A stretch of DNA of 63,977 nt, filler included, from Stramenopiles sp. TOSAG23-2 (GCA_900128395.1; 3 parts of 3 records of this genome joined end to end with filler, not necessarily neighbours in it); one strand, 5' to 3'. Shown: positions 1 through 11,452, numbered from the whole stretch's first letter. Numbers and translations are program-made. The notes: generated by a model from the letters alone, not told the origin.

Positions 1-36
1 AGCGCACACGTGGCACACACTAATTACATCATCGAA

Positions 37-1299
37 TTAAAAGCAACTTTTAGGCTTAACATTTATTGCTGTTGAATGGATAGTATTATTGCATGTTACA
101 AAGCCATGACCAGGAAGGGAAGTAATGGAAACATTCTCCATTTTAATATTAGTACAAGGAAGCTCTGGTATGCAATTAAATATCCCAGCTGTAAGTGCCC
201 CACCATGAATATTTCGAAAAATTACATTTTTTACATTAGGCCATCCATCTTTTGCATGGCTTGCATTTGGCAAGATATTTCCATCATACTCATCTAATGT
301 TATTGCAGTACCTGATACTTGTCCAAGCATTGCTAGTTCAACGTTCTCGAACAATACATTGCTAACTGTACCGCCTCTACCATAACCAGTCTTAATTCGC
401 AAAGGATGTAAGACATCATTAAATTTAATATTTTTAACAACAATATTATAAATACCACCACTCATCTCTGAACCAATACTAATACCATCACCATGTGGCA
501 CACGTATATTATCAACAGTAATATTAATACTAGGCTTTCCAAAAAGTCTCCCAGCTTTATCTTGTCCAGATTTTATGGCTATTTGATCATCACCACCAGA
601 CAAAGTACAGTTTCGTATATAGACATTTGTAGACGAATCAGGATCAATACAATCGGTATTTCTACTATAAATAGGTGCTGCAATAATTAAACCTTCAATC
701 AACACGTTATCGCACACATATAAATGTATCGTCCAAAACGGTGCATTTAGGATAGTTATACCTTTAATTACTATGTCGGAGGAATACATCGGTTCAATCA
801 ATCTTCCCCGTGTATGTTTCAATGTATCTTTATGACCTGGCAAACGACCTGATCTTTCCCACCATATAAAACCCTGCCCATCAATTGTTCCAGTTCCCGT
901 AATTGTTATGTTTTTACTATTGAATATACCAATAAATGCCCCATATCGTAGCGTCATATTACCAAAATTTTCAACTGGTTTCGGATAGCTTGGCAGTGGT
1001 GCAACAACTGGCCATAAATTAGGATCCGTTGTCGCTAGTAATATACCATTTATGACGAAAATTTGATTGCTTGTCAAATTGAAAGGAGCAGATAAAAATT
1101 TGTATTCAGCAGGTAAAAGTATGGAGTCACATTTAGCAATAGCATGTTGTATTGCGTTGGTATCTAAAGTACGCCCATCTCCTTTTGCACCATAATCTAA
1201 AACATTGCATGATTTTTGCGTACCTTCAACAAATCTATTTAGAAATACAAAACATATTAATAGAAGTGTAATTATTATTGTTGTTGTTGATGATTACAT
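37..1299 (-). CDS. Glycoside hydrolase family 28 (polygalacturonase-like), secreted; in-frame TAA at codon 2
   Basis: GH28 motifs NTDCID, GDDQIAIKSG, GISIGSE, LRIKT. The frame stays open upstream of the listed ORF (1077) through CNVLDYGAKGDGRTLDTNAIQHAI and a hydrophobic signal peptide to ATG at 1299, which is followed directly by TAA (1296-1294). Confidence 0.85.
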
Positions 1300-1361
1300 A
1301 CACACACACACACATATATATATACACACATACATACATATATATAGTGCATACAATTACA

Positions 1362-3041
1362 ATGTCTTCCTTCGATAGCCCAATTGATAAAATCAATGAT
1401 TTAGCGAAATATATTGATGATAAAAATGATTCACCTCCACGTTCGCCTAAAGTGAAACCAAGTAGAGAGACTACGGAATCATTTGTTAAAAATACTAAAT
1501 CAAATATACATGGATGGAGTCCAACTAGAAATAAGGATAGTGGGAAAAATCGTAGACCAAGTGGGAATCAAATTATTGATAATTTTACCCTAACTCCAAT
1601 AGCAAGTGACGATACACCATCAGTTGGTGATAATAATAATAATAATACAAACCAAATACGTACTATGTCTGCTAACGTAGATGCAGATAAAAAAAAGAAT
1701 AAAGGAAAAAAAGGTGGTGACCCAGCTAAACAATATCCCAAGAAACCAAAACTTTCAAAAAAAGAGAGAAGGGCTTTACAGGAAGCGCAACGGGCGAGAA
1801 AAGCTGCGTTAAAAGAAGGTAGTGGTGGAAATAGTAAAAAAGGAAGTGCTAAAAATAGCAATAGTAATACCACTAAGAATAGCACAAATTCAAACAACAA
1901 CAACAATAATAATAATACAAGTAAACGAAAGAAAAAGAAAAACCATGGCGGTCATGCTATTTTTTCACATTTAGCACAATATCAAGCTACAAGTACTAAA
2001 TCAGAAAAGTTATTATTTTCAAAAAATGAAACAGTACACCCAGCAATAATACGAGTTGGTTTAAAATATGCACGATGGAAAATTTCAGGTTCAAATGCTC
2101 GATGTGTGGCAATGTTGCATGCAATAAAGGAAGTTATTATGGATTATACTACACCCCCGGACCAAGTATTACAAAGGCATCTGGATAAGCATTTAAAACC
2201 AATGATTAATTTCATTGTTCGTTGTCGACCTTTATCTAGCAACATGGGAAACGCAATTAATTTCGTCAAGGCTTCGATTGCAAAAATTGGGACAAACATT
2301 AATGACGAGGAGGCAAAAGAGACGCTTTGTGAACGGATTGATCGATTTATTTTAACGCGTATCACATCGGCATCTGATGCAATTGTTAAGTTTGCTATTG
2401 AGAAAGTTTTAGATGGGGATGTTATATTAACTTATGGAAGATCCTATGTTGTAGAAAAATTGCTAATACGTGCATTCAAAAGCGGCATTAATTTTCAAGT
2501 AGTAGTAGTTGACTCTAGGCCAAGAATGGAAGGCAGAGGATTGTTAAGTCGCTTAGCAAAAGTTGGTATTAAATGCACATATGTACTCTTAAGTGGTTTA
2601 TCGTATGTCATGAAAGAAGTGACGAAAATTATATTAGGCGCATCATCAATGATGGCAAACGGTGCCGCCGCTTCACGTGTTGGAACTGCTTGTGTGGCTA
2701 TGATGGCTAATAATTATCATAAACCTGTAATTTTTTGTTGCGAAACGTATAAATTTACTCCTAGGGTACAACTAGATTCGATAGTCGATAATGAAATGTT
2801 AGACCCAGATGAATTATCGAAAAATTTGTACATGGAACAGGTGTCAATGAATAGCTCGAACACAAACGCATATAATTCTTTGAAAAATTGGAAAGAGAAT
2901 AATTATTTGAATTTATTGAATATTGCATATGATTTTACCCCTTGTAAATTTATCGACATGATTATAACAGAAGTGGGTATGATGCCAGCCTCATCAGTTC
3001 CAGTTATCATTAGAGAATATGAAGCGGCAATAAACGATTAA
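1362..3041 (+). CDS. EIF2B4: Translation initiation factor eIF2B subunit delta
   Basis: Lys-rich N-terminus with KKERRALQEAQRA; HPAIIRVG, ISGSNARC, CRPLS, DVILTYG, VVVVDSRP, CCETYKF, ITEVGMMPASSVPVIIRE. ATG at 1362 chosen because the upstream extension is a CA/TA microsatellite. Confidence 0.95.
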   Translation: MSSFDSPIDKINDLAKYIDDKNDSPPRSPKVKPSRETTESFVKNTKSNIHGWSPTRNKDSGKNRRPSGNQIIDNFTLTPIASDDTPSVGDNNNNNTNQIRTMSANVDADKKKNKGKKGGDPAKQYPKKPKLSKKERRALQEAQRARKAALKEGSGGNSKKGSAKNSNSNTTKNSTNSNNNNNNNNTSKRKKKKNHGGHAIFSHLAQYQATSTKSEKLLFSKNETVHPAIIRVGLKYARWKISGSNARCVAMLHAIKEVIMDYTTPPDQVLQRHLDKHLKPMINFIVRCRPLSSNMGNAINFVKASIAKIGTNINDEEAKETLCERIDRFILTRITSASDAIVKFAIEKVLDGDVILTYGRSYVVEKLLIRAFKSGINFQVVVVDSRPRMEGRGLLSRLAKVGIKCTYVLLSGLSYVMKEVTKIILGASSMMANGAAASRVGTACVAMMANNYHKPVIFCCETYKFTPRVQLDSIVDNEMLDPDELSKNLYMEQVSMNSSNTNAYNSLKNWKENNYLNLLNIAYDFTPCKFIDMIITEVGMMPASSVPVIIREYEAAIND

Positions 3042-3360
3042 AAAAAAAGATTTTTTTTTCAATTTAAACGTAAATATTGACATTAACATATACGAAGTAT
3101 ATATTGGGAGTAAAAGAAATTTATACGATTCGTACGACTTCGTATAATATATACGAAGTATGAGGAAGAGACAATTATATATAATACGAGCTTCGTATTA
3201 AAATATATGTATTTTTATTAAAATATATTATGTTGAGAATTCGTGTATGATACTCGTAGATAAAATAGTAAAAAATAAGCTTGTTCGCGTATATAAAATA
3301 CGTTCGTGCGTTCGTAAAAAATACGTAAAAAATAAAGTATGAGTTCACATATTTTATATA

Positions 3361-6300
3361 TCATACAAAAAACTTCTCATCTTTGTTATGAACAGCTAAA
3401 CTCTTAACTTGCGTATATGGAATATGATATTCATTTCTATATGTTGTGTATTTCAGCTTAATTTCATTTTCATGTTTCATATCTTTTAATGCTCTTTTTT
3501 TAGCTGCAATTTTGTGGCGCTTTGCCTTCAAGCGTCTTTTCACGTTACTTCGCACCTGCGATCTTTGTTTTTTTGTCATATTTAAAAAATCCTTTTCATC
3601 GAATGGTTTTTCTTCTTCTTCACCAGTACCATCATCATCGTCCTTGCTATATCTCTTTTTGTACCACGCTTTTAATTTCTCTTTCCAAACACCAAATATT
3701 TTTGGAGTCAACTTTTCTTTTAAATTGAGAGCTTTTTCTTTCAATTTTATTGCAGGATTGATAAATATTTTTTCACCAACTTTCTTAATTACTCCACTTA
3801 TTTTTGGAAACTTTTTACCAAACGCGTTGAATGGCATTGTAATCCTATTTTTCCAAATTTCATAACGTGACAAATGCATAATTTTATCTTCGAGTTCACT
3901 TTCAGTTACTTTGGGCTTGAATTTGCGAAATACGTACATGGGAACTTCATGTTCATCTCTTCTTCGTCGATGCGCTAAACTTCGCTCTAATTTTATTTCT
4001 TTTTGTTGAAGAGTTTTCAACCTATTTTTGACTTGTCTAACTTCAGCATTATAGCCACCTTCTTCTAAAAAATCTTCACTTTCAATATGATTTTCCATTA
4101 ATTTTTCTAAACGTGCTTCTAATAGTATCGTTTCCCTTCTATACTTTTCACGTTTTTTCTTTAACATACGTTCCTTATGCTTTTTATGCAATAATTTTTT
4201 TATTTTATTTGCTGCTTCAAGCTCCTTCATTTTTTCTATATATCTTATATTTTCCATTGCACGTAATTGATCCTTTACTACCCTTATAATAGAATGTTGA
4301 ACCCAATCTTCCGCGGGCAAAGCTTTTGGTGCTTGTTCCATAATACGTATGATTAAATCTGTTTTTAGCTGTTTGCCCAATACAATGGAAAAATTTTGTC
4401 GAAAATATTTTAATGCCATGCGAGGTACGCAACGTGGATTTGGTGCAGTTCTACCACCACTTGCAGAAACTTTAACAACAGCAATTTCATTTCCTGCATC
4501 TTTTGCTCCAATGCCATATTCCTTTAATTTTCGATCGCCTGGCAAATAACCAATGCTTAACTCATCTGGAAAATCTAAGGTATTATCTAAAAAGAAAAAA
4601 CCTCCTTCTGTTGGTAGAAAAAAATAACCTAACGATTCAGGACCATATTCACCAGAATTTGCATTAAACAAACGTATCATTTCATCTATCGTCTCATCCT
4701 CAGTAACAACTAGACGGACCAGACTCCCACTTGGTATACTTTTAATCCATATTGTTATAGGATTATAACCTTCTGCCTGGCGATATTGTAAAATAGAGCC
4801 ACGATCTACTAAACGTGTATGCATCTTACTTAACCATGCCATCTTCTTCTTTGCTATTCTTGCCATTTCTTCATGATGTGAAAATCCACCTTTAGATTTA
4901 CCAGGATGCGACTCAGACATACTTTTCTTTCTCTTCCCTTGCGCTTTAACTTTATCAGGGGAATATTTATCAGTAGTGCTTATACGTTGCTTCTTTTTTC
5001 TACGAACACGACGACAAGATATATTTGCATGTTTTTCCCCATTTTCAAATTCGATTTCATAAAATAGCCCATCTTTGTGTTTGGATATAATTTTACCAAG
5101 ATAATGACCTTCCCAGCCTTTAACTCTTGCTTCTACATATGCACCAACACGAAAGAAACGCTTGTTATTATGTTTTTTATCATCCATATCATTACCTTCC
5201 ACATTATCTTCCTCATCTTTGCCACTTGCTTTACCATCCAATTTTTTCTTTTTCTTTTTCTTTTTTTTCTTCTTCTTTGTTTTCTTTTTCTCCTCGTCAT
5301 CTTTACTTTCAGCTTTTTTCTTCTTTACATCCTCAAGAGATACAATTCCTTGTGGCCGTACATAGACCGGTTCATACACATCTGGATCCTCTCGTTTTGG
5401 ATATGTATGTGGCATCTTTTCATTTAAATCAAAACACGCCGGGCATCCAGGATGTCCAGTAACTCCTGGTCTAGCTTTACAAATGGGACAACGACTACCA
5501 AATGGCTCTAATGTTTTCACATCAAACTCTTCATATAGATCTTCCTCCTCATCAGATTCACCTTCATCCCTTTGATCGCGAATGTAACTAAAAAATGTAG
5601 GATTTTCTACCATAGTGTTGCAACGAGTACGTTTAACACTGAACTTTCTAAATAAACCATAAAATGATATATGTTTATTATTCGTTTCCAACTCATCAAA
5701 ATTTTCACGAATTTCCCTATTTAAATTATCTGCTTCCTCTTTTTCTTTCGCTAAACGTTTTTCTTCCTTTTCACGCTGCTTTTTTTCATATTCAGCTAAC
5801 ATTTGTGCACCTGTTTGACGTTTTTTCCTCTTCTTTTTCCTACGACTTCCATTGCCACGGCTACTAGCTCTAATACTGCCACCTCTACTACTCGTAGCAC
5901 GATCATCATCCACAATCAGAAAATCAGATGCTGAATGTACACCTTCTATTGTTTTTGGTGGTGGTGGAAATGGTCCATTCTCATTTTCCAATTGATAATC
6001 TTCATCGTAATAATCTATTGTCGATGGCAGTGACCCGGGATGTAACTTTTCAACATCAACACGATTTTTTTCATTCACAACACTGATTTTTGGCTTTGGC
6101 TTAAAAGTAATTTTATCTACATCATAGCCCCAAAATATTGGAGACACTTTATTTACATCATGCTTGACTCTTTGTTGACGATATCCAACAAAAGATGGAT
6201 GTCGGTTTATTGATTGATAAGACGTTACTTCAAACAAAACATCACGGCGTTGTCGATTTTCAACAATTGCTGCTTGTGTTTCTAATTGGTTTTGTATCCA

Positions 6301-7170
6301 CTCATCAGTAGCGCGTTTCATTCGTTTCAATTTTTTTGTTGCTTCTATTAGATCTTGTTGCCTTTGTTTTATTCTAGCTCTTTGCTGTTTCATAATTATC
6401 TTATCCCTTTCTTTACGTTTAAAGGCTTTTTCACGACTTCTTCTTTCCCTTTTTGTAGCCCAATAATCTTCTCTTTTTGCTAAAAACTCAGGTTGGCTAG
6501 ATTTCGAAAATGATACATCGGTTGCATTTTTTGTTTCATTTATTGTTTTGACAACATCTTTTGGATCCTCCTTTGCTAAATATACATCAGTATCAACTAA
6601 GCCAAATCCAAAGGACAAAGACGTGTTTGCTTCACCCTTATCCAGATCGTCCCAAGTTGGAACTTTAAAATTACTATTTGCATCTTTTTTTCTCTCTAAA
6701 ACTGGTTTACCAAAGCCAAATGCTATGGATTCTTCTCCAAGTGTACGTCGTTTATTTTTCTTATCTATTTTTGCTTGTTTTTTCTTCCTTTCAGCCTCCT
6801 TTTGTTTCATGTATTTACTTTCCGGCCCGTACATCTTAGCCAATGCATCTTCATCATCAGCACTTTGTATATCAGAATCACCTGAGCTATCTGTTTTTCC
6901 ATCTTCAAAAAATTCTCGATCAGATTCGCTGTCACTCTCTAATACATATCTATTAATCTTTCTCTTCTTTTTCTTATTTTTCTTTGAATCGCGTCTCTCC
7001 TTTCTTCTAGTTTCTTTCTCTAACTTTTCTGCCTCTCTATTATCATATAATTGTTCCATTATATCACCCGGCACAATAGCATTACCTTGCCCGGCAGCAA
7101 TTAACTCTGATATTGTTCTTTTATGATGCTCATGTTTATCATGTTCGTGACCTTTAGTAACACGTACCAT
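3361..7170 (-). CDS. Large Lys/Glu-rich protein with putative CxxC-CxxC zinc site, Tudor-like and ubiquitin-like domains
   Basis: 1269-aa uninterrupted ORF; CPIC...CPAC; FRVGAYVEARVKGW...YEIEFENG; ITIWIKSIPSG...RKLKEYGI. Domain calls are by eye. Confidence 0.6.
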   Translation of the reverse strand: MVRVTKGHEHDKHEHHKRTISELIAAGQGNAIVPGDIMEQLYDNREAEKLEKETRRKERRDSKKNKKKKRKINRYVLESDSESDREFFEDGKTDSSGDSDIQSADDEDALAKMYGPESKYMKQKEAERKKKQAKIDKKNKRRTLGEESIAFGFGKPVLERKKDANSNFKVPTWDDLDKGEANTSLSFGFGLVDTDVYLAKEDPKDVVKTINETKNATDVSFSKSSQPEFLAKREDYWATKRERRSREKAFKRKERDKIIMKQQRARIKQRQQDLIEATKKLKRMKRATDEWIQNQLETQAAIVENRQRRDVLFEVTSYQSINRHPSFVGYRQQRVKHDVNKVSPIFWGYDVDKITFKPKPKISVVNEKNRVDVEKLHPGSLPSTIDYYDEDYQLENENGPFPPPPKTIEGVHSASDFLIVDDDRATSSRGGSIRASSRGNGSRRKKKRKKRQTGAQMLAEYEKKQREKEEKRLAKEKEEADNLNREIRENFDELETNNKHISFYGLFRKFSVKRTRCNTMVENPTFFSYIRDQRDEGESDEEEDLYEEFDVKTLEPFGSRCPICKARPGVTGHPGCPACFDLNEKMPHTYPKREDPDVYEPVYVRPQGIVSLEDVKKKKAESKDDEEKKKTKKKKKKKKKKKKLDGKASGKDEEDNVEGNDMDDKKHNNKRFFRVGAYVEARVKGWEGHYLGKIISKHKDGLFYEIEFENGEKHANISCRRVRRKKKQRISTTDKYSPDKVKAQGKRKKSMSESHPGKSKGGFSHHEEMARIAKKKMAWLSKMHTRLVDRGSILQYRQAEGYNPITIWIKSIPSGSLVRLVVTEDETIDEMIRLFNANSGEYGPESLGYFFLPTEGGFFFLDNTLDFPDELSIGYLPGDRKLKEYGIGAKDAGNEIAVVKVSASGGRTAPNPRCVPRMALKYFRQNFSIVLGKQLKTDLIIRIMEQAPKALPAEDWVQHSIIRVVKDQLRAMENIRYIEKMKELEAANKIKKLLHKKHKERMLKKKREKYRRETILLEARLEKLMENHIESEDFLEEGGYNAEVRQVKNRLKTLQQKEIKLERSLAHRRRRDEHEVPMYVFRKFKPKVTESELEDKIMHLSRYEIWKNRITMPFNAFGKKFPKISGVIKKVGEKIFINPAIKLKEKALNLKEKLTPKIFGVWKEKLKAWYKKRYSKDDDDGTGEEEEKPFDEKDFLNMTKKQRSQVRSNVKRRLKAKRHKIAAKKRALKDMKHENEIKLKYTTYRNEYHIPYTQVKSLAVHNKDEKFFV

Positions 7171-8088
7171 GTTACTTTTTCTAATATAAAGGTATTGTCT
7201 TTACTCTATGGTTTCTATTGTGTTTTATAACATTTTATGAAGCGAATGATGTATTGATCTAGTTATAAAGTACTGTTGTAGATGAAATTTGCTATTTTCT
7301 GTTGTTTGTTTGATATATTTATCTTATAAAGATAATTCGTATGTTACAGCTTAAAGTTATAAATTTATATACATACAGTAGTATTATATACATATATATG
7401 AAATGTACATACATGCAAATAGTAGTATAGGGCACTATAGGTGTATTATTAATATCACTAAACCAGGGACCAGCAGGGAGTTAACGTGGTAACGTATACA
7501 TTTAGCTCCTAATATTTTAAGGTGCGTGCGGCCAGAATCAAATCAGTCCAGCACAGTACAGAGTAAAATAAGAAGTATAATACTAGTCGTCTATTATAAC
7601 AGTAGAACTACGCACTAACATTCGCAATACTGATGTTGATACGCACTTTAAACTTGCATTTTTATAACTTTACTTTAGCTCTATCTGATAATACCAGGTA
7701 GCTAATAATACTTGGTATAATAATATAAAATAATATATTATAACGCACACCTGGCACATAAATATTACCAGGTACTAAGTAAATAATTGGATGAAGTTGT
7801 GAAGAGTGCAAGAAGGGCAAGGCATAATTATTTTAAATTTATCTTATCGAAAAATGGAAACAAAATATAAAAGAGAAAGAAACCGAATTGATTTATAATA
7901 CCAAACAAACTGAAAACATTGCATAGCATTCCATACAAATAATAACTCTAAGTAAATATTGAGAAATAATGTACATATAAACAATAAAAAATTTAGATAT
8001 AAAGTCTGTGTAAAAACTAACTAAAAAATACTGCATAATTGTAGAGTATTAGTCTTATAGTAACAAGTGTACATAAATCCAATATAAT

Positions 8089-11000
8089 ATGGGGCTGAAG
8101 GAATTATATGAAGACGTCAAATTTAAAGCAATCGCAAAGAAAGAAGCAGTTGTAGAATGGTATCAAAGCGATAAAGTACAAAATCGTATAAGTAAAGTAA
8201 AGGCAAAACTGAAGCAAGCGAAAGAAAAGGCTAAAAAATATGCAGCCGAAATTGAAAAATCAGAGCAATTCCAAAAAATGAAGGAAAAGGCAGCACCCCA
8301 TATTAAACATATACAAGCTAAAGCGGCTGAGCTAAAGCAAGCAATTGCTGACAAACAAGCTGCTAAGCGATTAAGGGCAGAGAAAACGGCAGATGTTTTA
8401 AGCGATGAGGAAGCTGATCAAGCGTTGTATAATTTTATATCTGATAAAAGAAGAGCAGAGAAAAAATTAGCCGCTGCGCAAAGAGGAAAAGATAAGATAG
8501 GTGGAAATATGTATTTATTTGCAGCTAACGGAGATGTAGACAATTTTCAAAAGTATTTTCAAGAAGCAAATGATGAGAAAACAAGCCTTGACGAAACTGG
8601 GATGACTGTTTTGCATATTGCTGCAGAGAACAACAGGTTAGCAATTGTCGAATGGTTACTAGAAAATGATTATTTTGAACCAAATATCCGTGATCTATAT
8701 GGCAATACACCATTGCATATGGCAGCAACTGCTGGCCACACGGAGGTTGCTAAACACTTGCTAGTAGAAGCTGATGCGGATATAGCGTGTATAAATAAAT
8801 GGAATAAAACGGCACTTCATTATGCATCTGAATATGGCCATGTCGAAATGACAGACTATTTATTGTTTAAAGGGATAAATGTGATGGCTATTACAAAGGC
8901 AAGAGAGACAGCATATGATTTACTTGGTAAAAATTGTAGAGGGAAAGATAAAGAAGAGAAATTGGAAGAAGTAAGAAACACTTTATTAAAATATGTTGAA
9001 TTAGCCAAAGTGGAACACACGGCTTTAAATAGTAATCACGAGATTGGAACAAGAGAATTTGATCAAGCTGAAATAAAATTAAAGCGTATTAATAGGATTT
9101 TAAATAAACATCAAGAATGGTTAGATTCATTTATTGAGGAAGAAGTAGTAAGCAAAGATATTGGCCCAGATCTAATAAAAGCTGCCAGGGAAGGAAGAAT
9201 CCAATGGATTGATGATATGCTTGCAAAAGAAAATGTACGAGAGGCTGCAAGTGACTTTAAAGAGGAAGAAACCGGGCAAACACTTTTACATGCTGCAGTT
9301 TTAAATGATAATGAAGATTTTTTAGCTATTTTACAAGATTCAACAAATTTAATGCCTGATGATGCCGACAAGGAAGGTCGTACAGCATTACATTTGGCAT
9401 CAATGTATGGACTTATTGATATGGCAGAACTTTGCATTGATCAAATAAAAGATTATGATGGGGATGTGGAGAAATTTATTGGTACGGAAGATAATTATGG
9501 AAAAAAAGCTATGGATATGGTGTGCCAGGCATATATAAAAGAGGATAAAAGTACAATTAGAGCTGAGATGGAATATTTATTGGATCCAGACAAGGCACAA
9601 AGAGAAGCAGATGAGGCGGAATTAATACGTCGATACCAAGAGCAAGTAAAATTAGCCAAATATTATAAAGCTGCTCATATTAAACATCCACAATGGATCA
9701 TGGAACACAAACATGAAATTAATCAAACGCTAACTGGTTTATGGAACGCAAGAAAAAAACGAGAAGAACGTCGTAAGTTTCTTGAGGAGCGAAATGCACG
9801 TCGGGCAAGGGAAAAAGCCGAGCGTGATGGTCTCCTTACCGATTTGAAGTTAGCTGTTAAGACAGGTAATGATACAATTGACAATAGCAGAAAAAAATTG
9901 TACGATCGTGTAAAGACGAAAACCGACCGTCTTCAAACGGTCATCGATGGAATCGATAAAGATGTGGAAAATACGGAATTTATTAACGTGCAGGGTCAAG
10001 GGTTTTTGGATGGCGTCAACCCTAGAATCGAGGAGTATTTACACCCAACAGAAAATGTTAGAAGAGTAGCGAGGGATGAAGCAATAAAGTTGTGGAAAGG
10101 CCATATAAAAATCGGAAAGCGAGCAATCGAAAGTGTGTGGAAGCAATATGAGCAACGCATCATAAAGTTAGAAAGTCATGTTGTTGAGACAGTCGGAGTT
10201 AAAAAAGTAGAAGCAAAAATTAAAGCAATACAAGCTCAAATGGAAACCAATCGACAAAAAAGAAAAAAAGTAGTAAAAGATCTGGATAATTCATTAGTTA
10301 TTGAAAGGATATTTGTTATCACAGAGAGGCATAAAATGGAAACTGCAGAAGGCAAAGAAACCCCGAGAAGTAGAAGAGAACGAGTCAGGCAATATAAGCG
10401 CATTAAATACGCATTAGACGTCCAAGAAAGGCAATTGTTAGCAGAAAAAGCACATTTAATTGGAAATCGGATAGTAGAGCAAAAACGTATTGCCCAAGTG
10501 CAGTATGATGAGTCTACCCAAAGCACCAGACGGCGTTTTAAACGCCATAAACAACTTACATGGAAAAAAGCAGCAAAGGCATTACAAGGCAAATACGATG
10601 ACTGGAAAGCGTATGATAAAGAGACAGAAAATGTGAGAAACCTGTTAAAAGCAGAAGAGAGTATCGTACAGAAGAAAGAAGCACCATTATGGTGGAGAAA
10701 AGCACAGCGGGAAAAAGTAGAAGAGATCAAAGAGGAAATTAAAACAAGGGAAAAATTTTCTGAAAGTTTCGAAATGGTTATTGAGGATCTTATCAGTCAA
10801 TACGATCAAAAAATATGGTCGAAAGAAGTTAGATTTAAAAAGCGTTCATTCAAACGCTTCAAAGCTTTTAAAAAGTTGCACAAAGCACTCAAGACAGAAT
10901 ATCTCAAAGCAGCGCAAGACATACCGGAAGAGGAGCGTTTATTTGATTCTGATGGGGGAGAAAGTGCGTCAGAAAGTACGCGTAGTAGTGATGACGAAAC

Positions 11001-11262
11001 CGATAATAGCAGTAGTGATGAAAGCAGTGATTCATCATCTAATGACGATGATTCCGATGATAGTAATACAAATAGTAGCAGCCAAAATTCCAATGATATT
11101 GATTCAAATTCTGATGATAAAGGTGACGCTTCAAATAGTAATAATAGCAATGCAGATGAAAGCAAATCTAATTCAGTAGACGAAGATGAGGAAAGTGAAT
11201 CAGATAGTGTATCAGCGTCTGATTCTGAAAGTGATGATGTGAGTGATGTAGGCAGATTGTAA
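8089..11262 (+). CDS. Ankyrin-repeat and coiled-coil protein with acidic Ser/Asp-rich tail
   Basis: Ankyrin motifs GMTVLHIAA, GNTPLHMAA, NKTALHYAS, GQTLLHAAV, GRTALHLAS; 1057-aa ORF. Confidence 0.85.
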   Translation: MGLKELYEDVKFKAIAKKEAVVEWYQSDKVQNRISKVKAKLKQAKEKAKKYAAEIEKSEQFQKMKEKAAPHIKHIQAKAAELKQAIADKQAAKRLRAEKTADVLSDEEADQALYNFISDKRRAEKKLAAAQRGKDKIGGNMYLFAANGDVDNFQKYFQEANDEKTSLDETGMTVLHIAAENNRLAIVEWLLENDYFEPNIRDLYGNTPLHMAATAGHTEVAKHLLVEADADIACINKWNKTALHYASEYGHVEMTDYLLFKGINVMAITKARETAYDLLGKNCRGKDKEEKLEEVRNTLLKYVELAKVEHTALNSNHEIGTREFDQAEIKLKRINRILNKHQEWLDSFIEEEVVSKDIGPDLIKAAREGRIQWIDDMLAKENVREAASDFKEEETGQTLLHAAVLNDNEDFLAILQDSTNLMPDDADKEGRTALHLASMYGLIDMAELCIDQIKDYDGDVEKFIGTEDNYGKKAMDMVCQAYIKEDKSTIRAEMEYLLDPDKAQREADEAELIRRYQEQVKLAKYYKAAHIKHPQWIMEHKHEINQTLTGLWNARKKREERRKFLEERNARRAREKAERDGLLTDLKLAVKTGNDTIDNSRKKLYDRVKTKTDRLQTVIDGIDKDVENTEFINVQGQGFLDGVNPRIEEYLHPTENVRRVARDEAIKLWKGHIKIGKRAIESVWKQYEQRIIKLESHVVETVGVKKVEAKIKAIQAQMETNRQKRKKVVKDLDNSLVIERIFVITERHKMETAEGKETPRSRRERVRQYKRIKYALDVQERQLLAEKAHLIGNRIVEQKRIAQVQYDESTQSTRRRFKRHKQLTWKKAAKALQGKYDDWKAYDKETENVRNLLKAEESIVQKKEAPLWWRKAQREKVEEIKEEIKTREKFSESFEMVIEDLISQYDQKIWSKEVRFKKRSFKRFKAFKKLHKALKTEYLKAAQDIPEEERLFDSDGGESASESTRSSDDETDNSSSDESSDSSSNDDDSDDSNTNSSSQNSNDIDSNSDDKGDASNSNNSNADESKSNSVDEDEESESDSVSASDSESDDVSDVGRL

Positions 11263-11452
11263 AAAAGTTTTTTTAAATGTGTATTTTTTTAGAGCTTGTA
11301 ATATGGCATTATATCATATGTTTCGTATGCATATCATACGTGCGTAATATTTAATGATTTGTGTACATACGTATGAGTATTTTACAATATTGATATGATA
11401 CGACACACATAAATTCATGTACATACTCGCATATTCATACTTCGCGACATAT

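Noticed and set aside
1294-1296. TAA reassignment (alternative genetic code)
   Set aside because: Conserved genes such as eIF2B-delta, FAH and DCP1 end in TAA at the expected position, and long ORFs contain no internal TAA.
3137-3159. loxP-like arms ACTTCGTATA / TATACGAAGT
   Set aside because: Only 10 of 13 bp per arm and a 3-nt rather than 8-nt spacer; explained by the local TACGA motif cluster.
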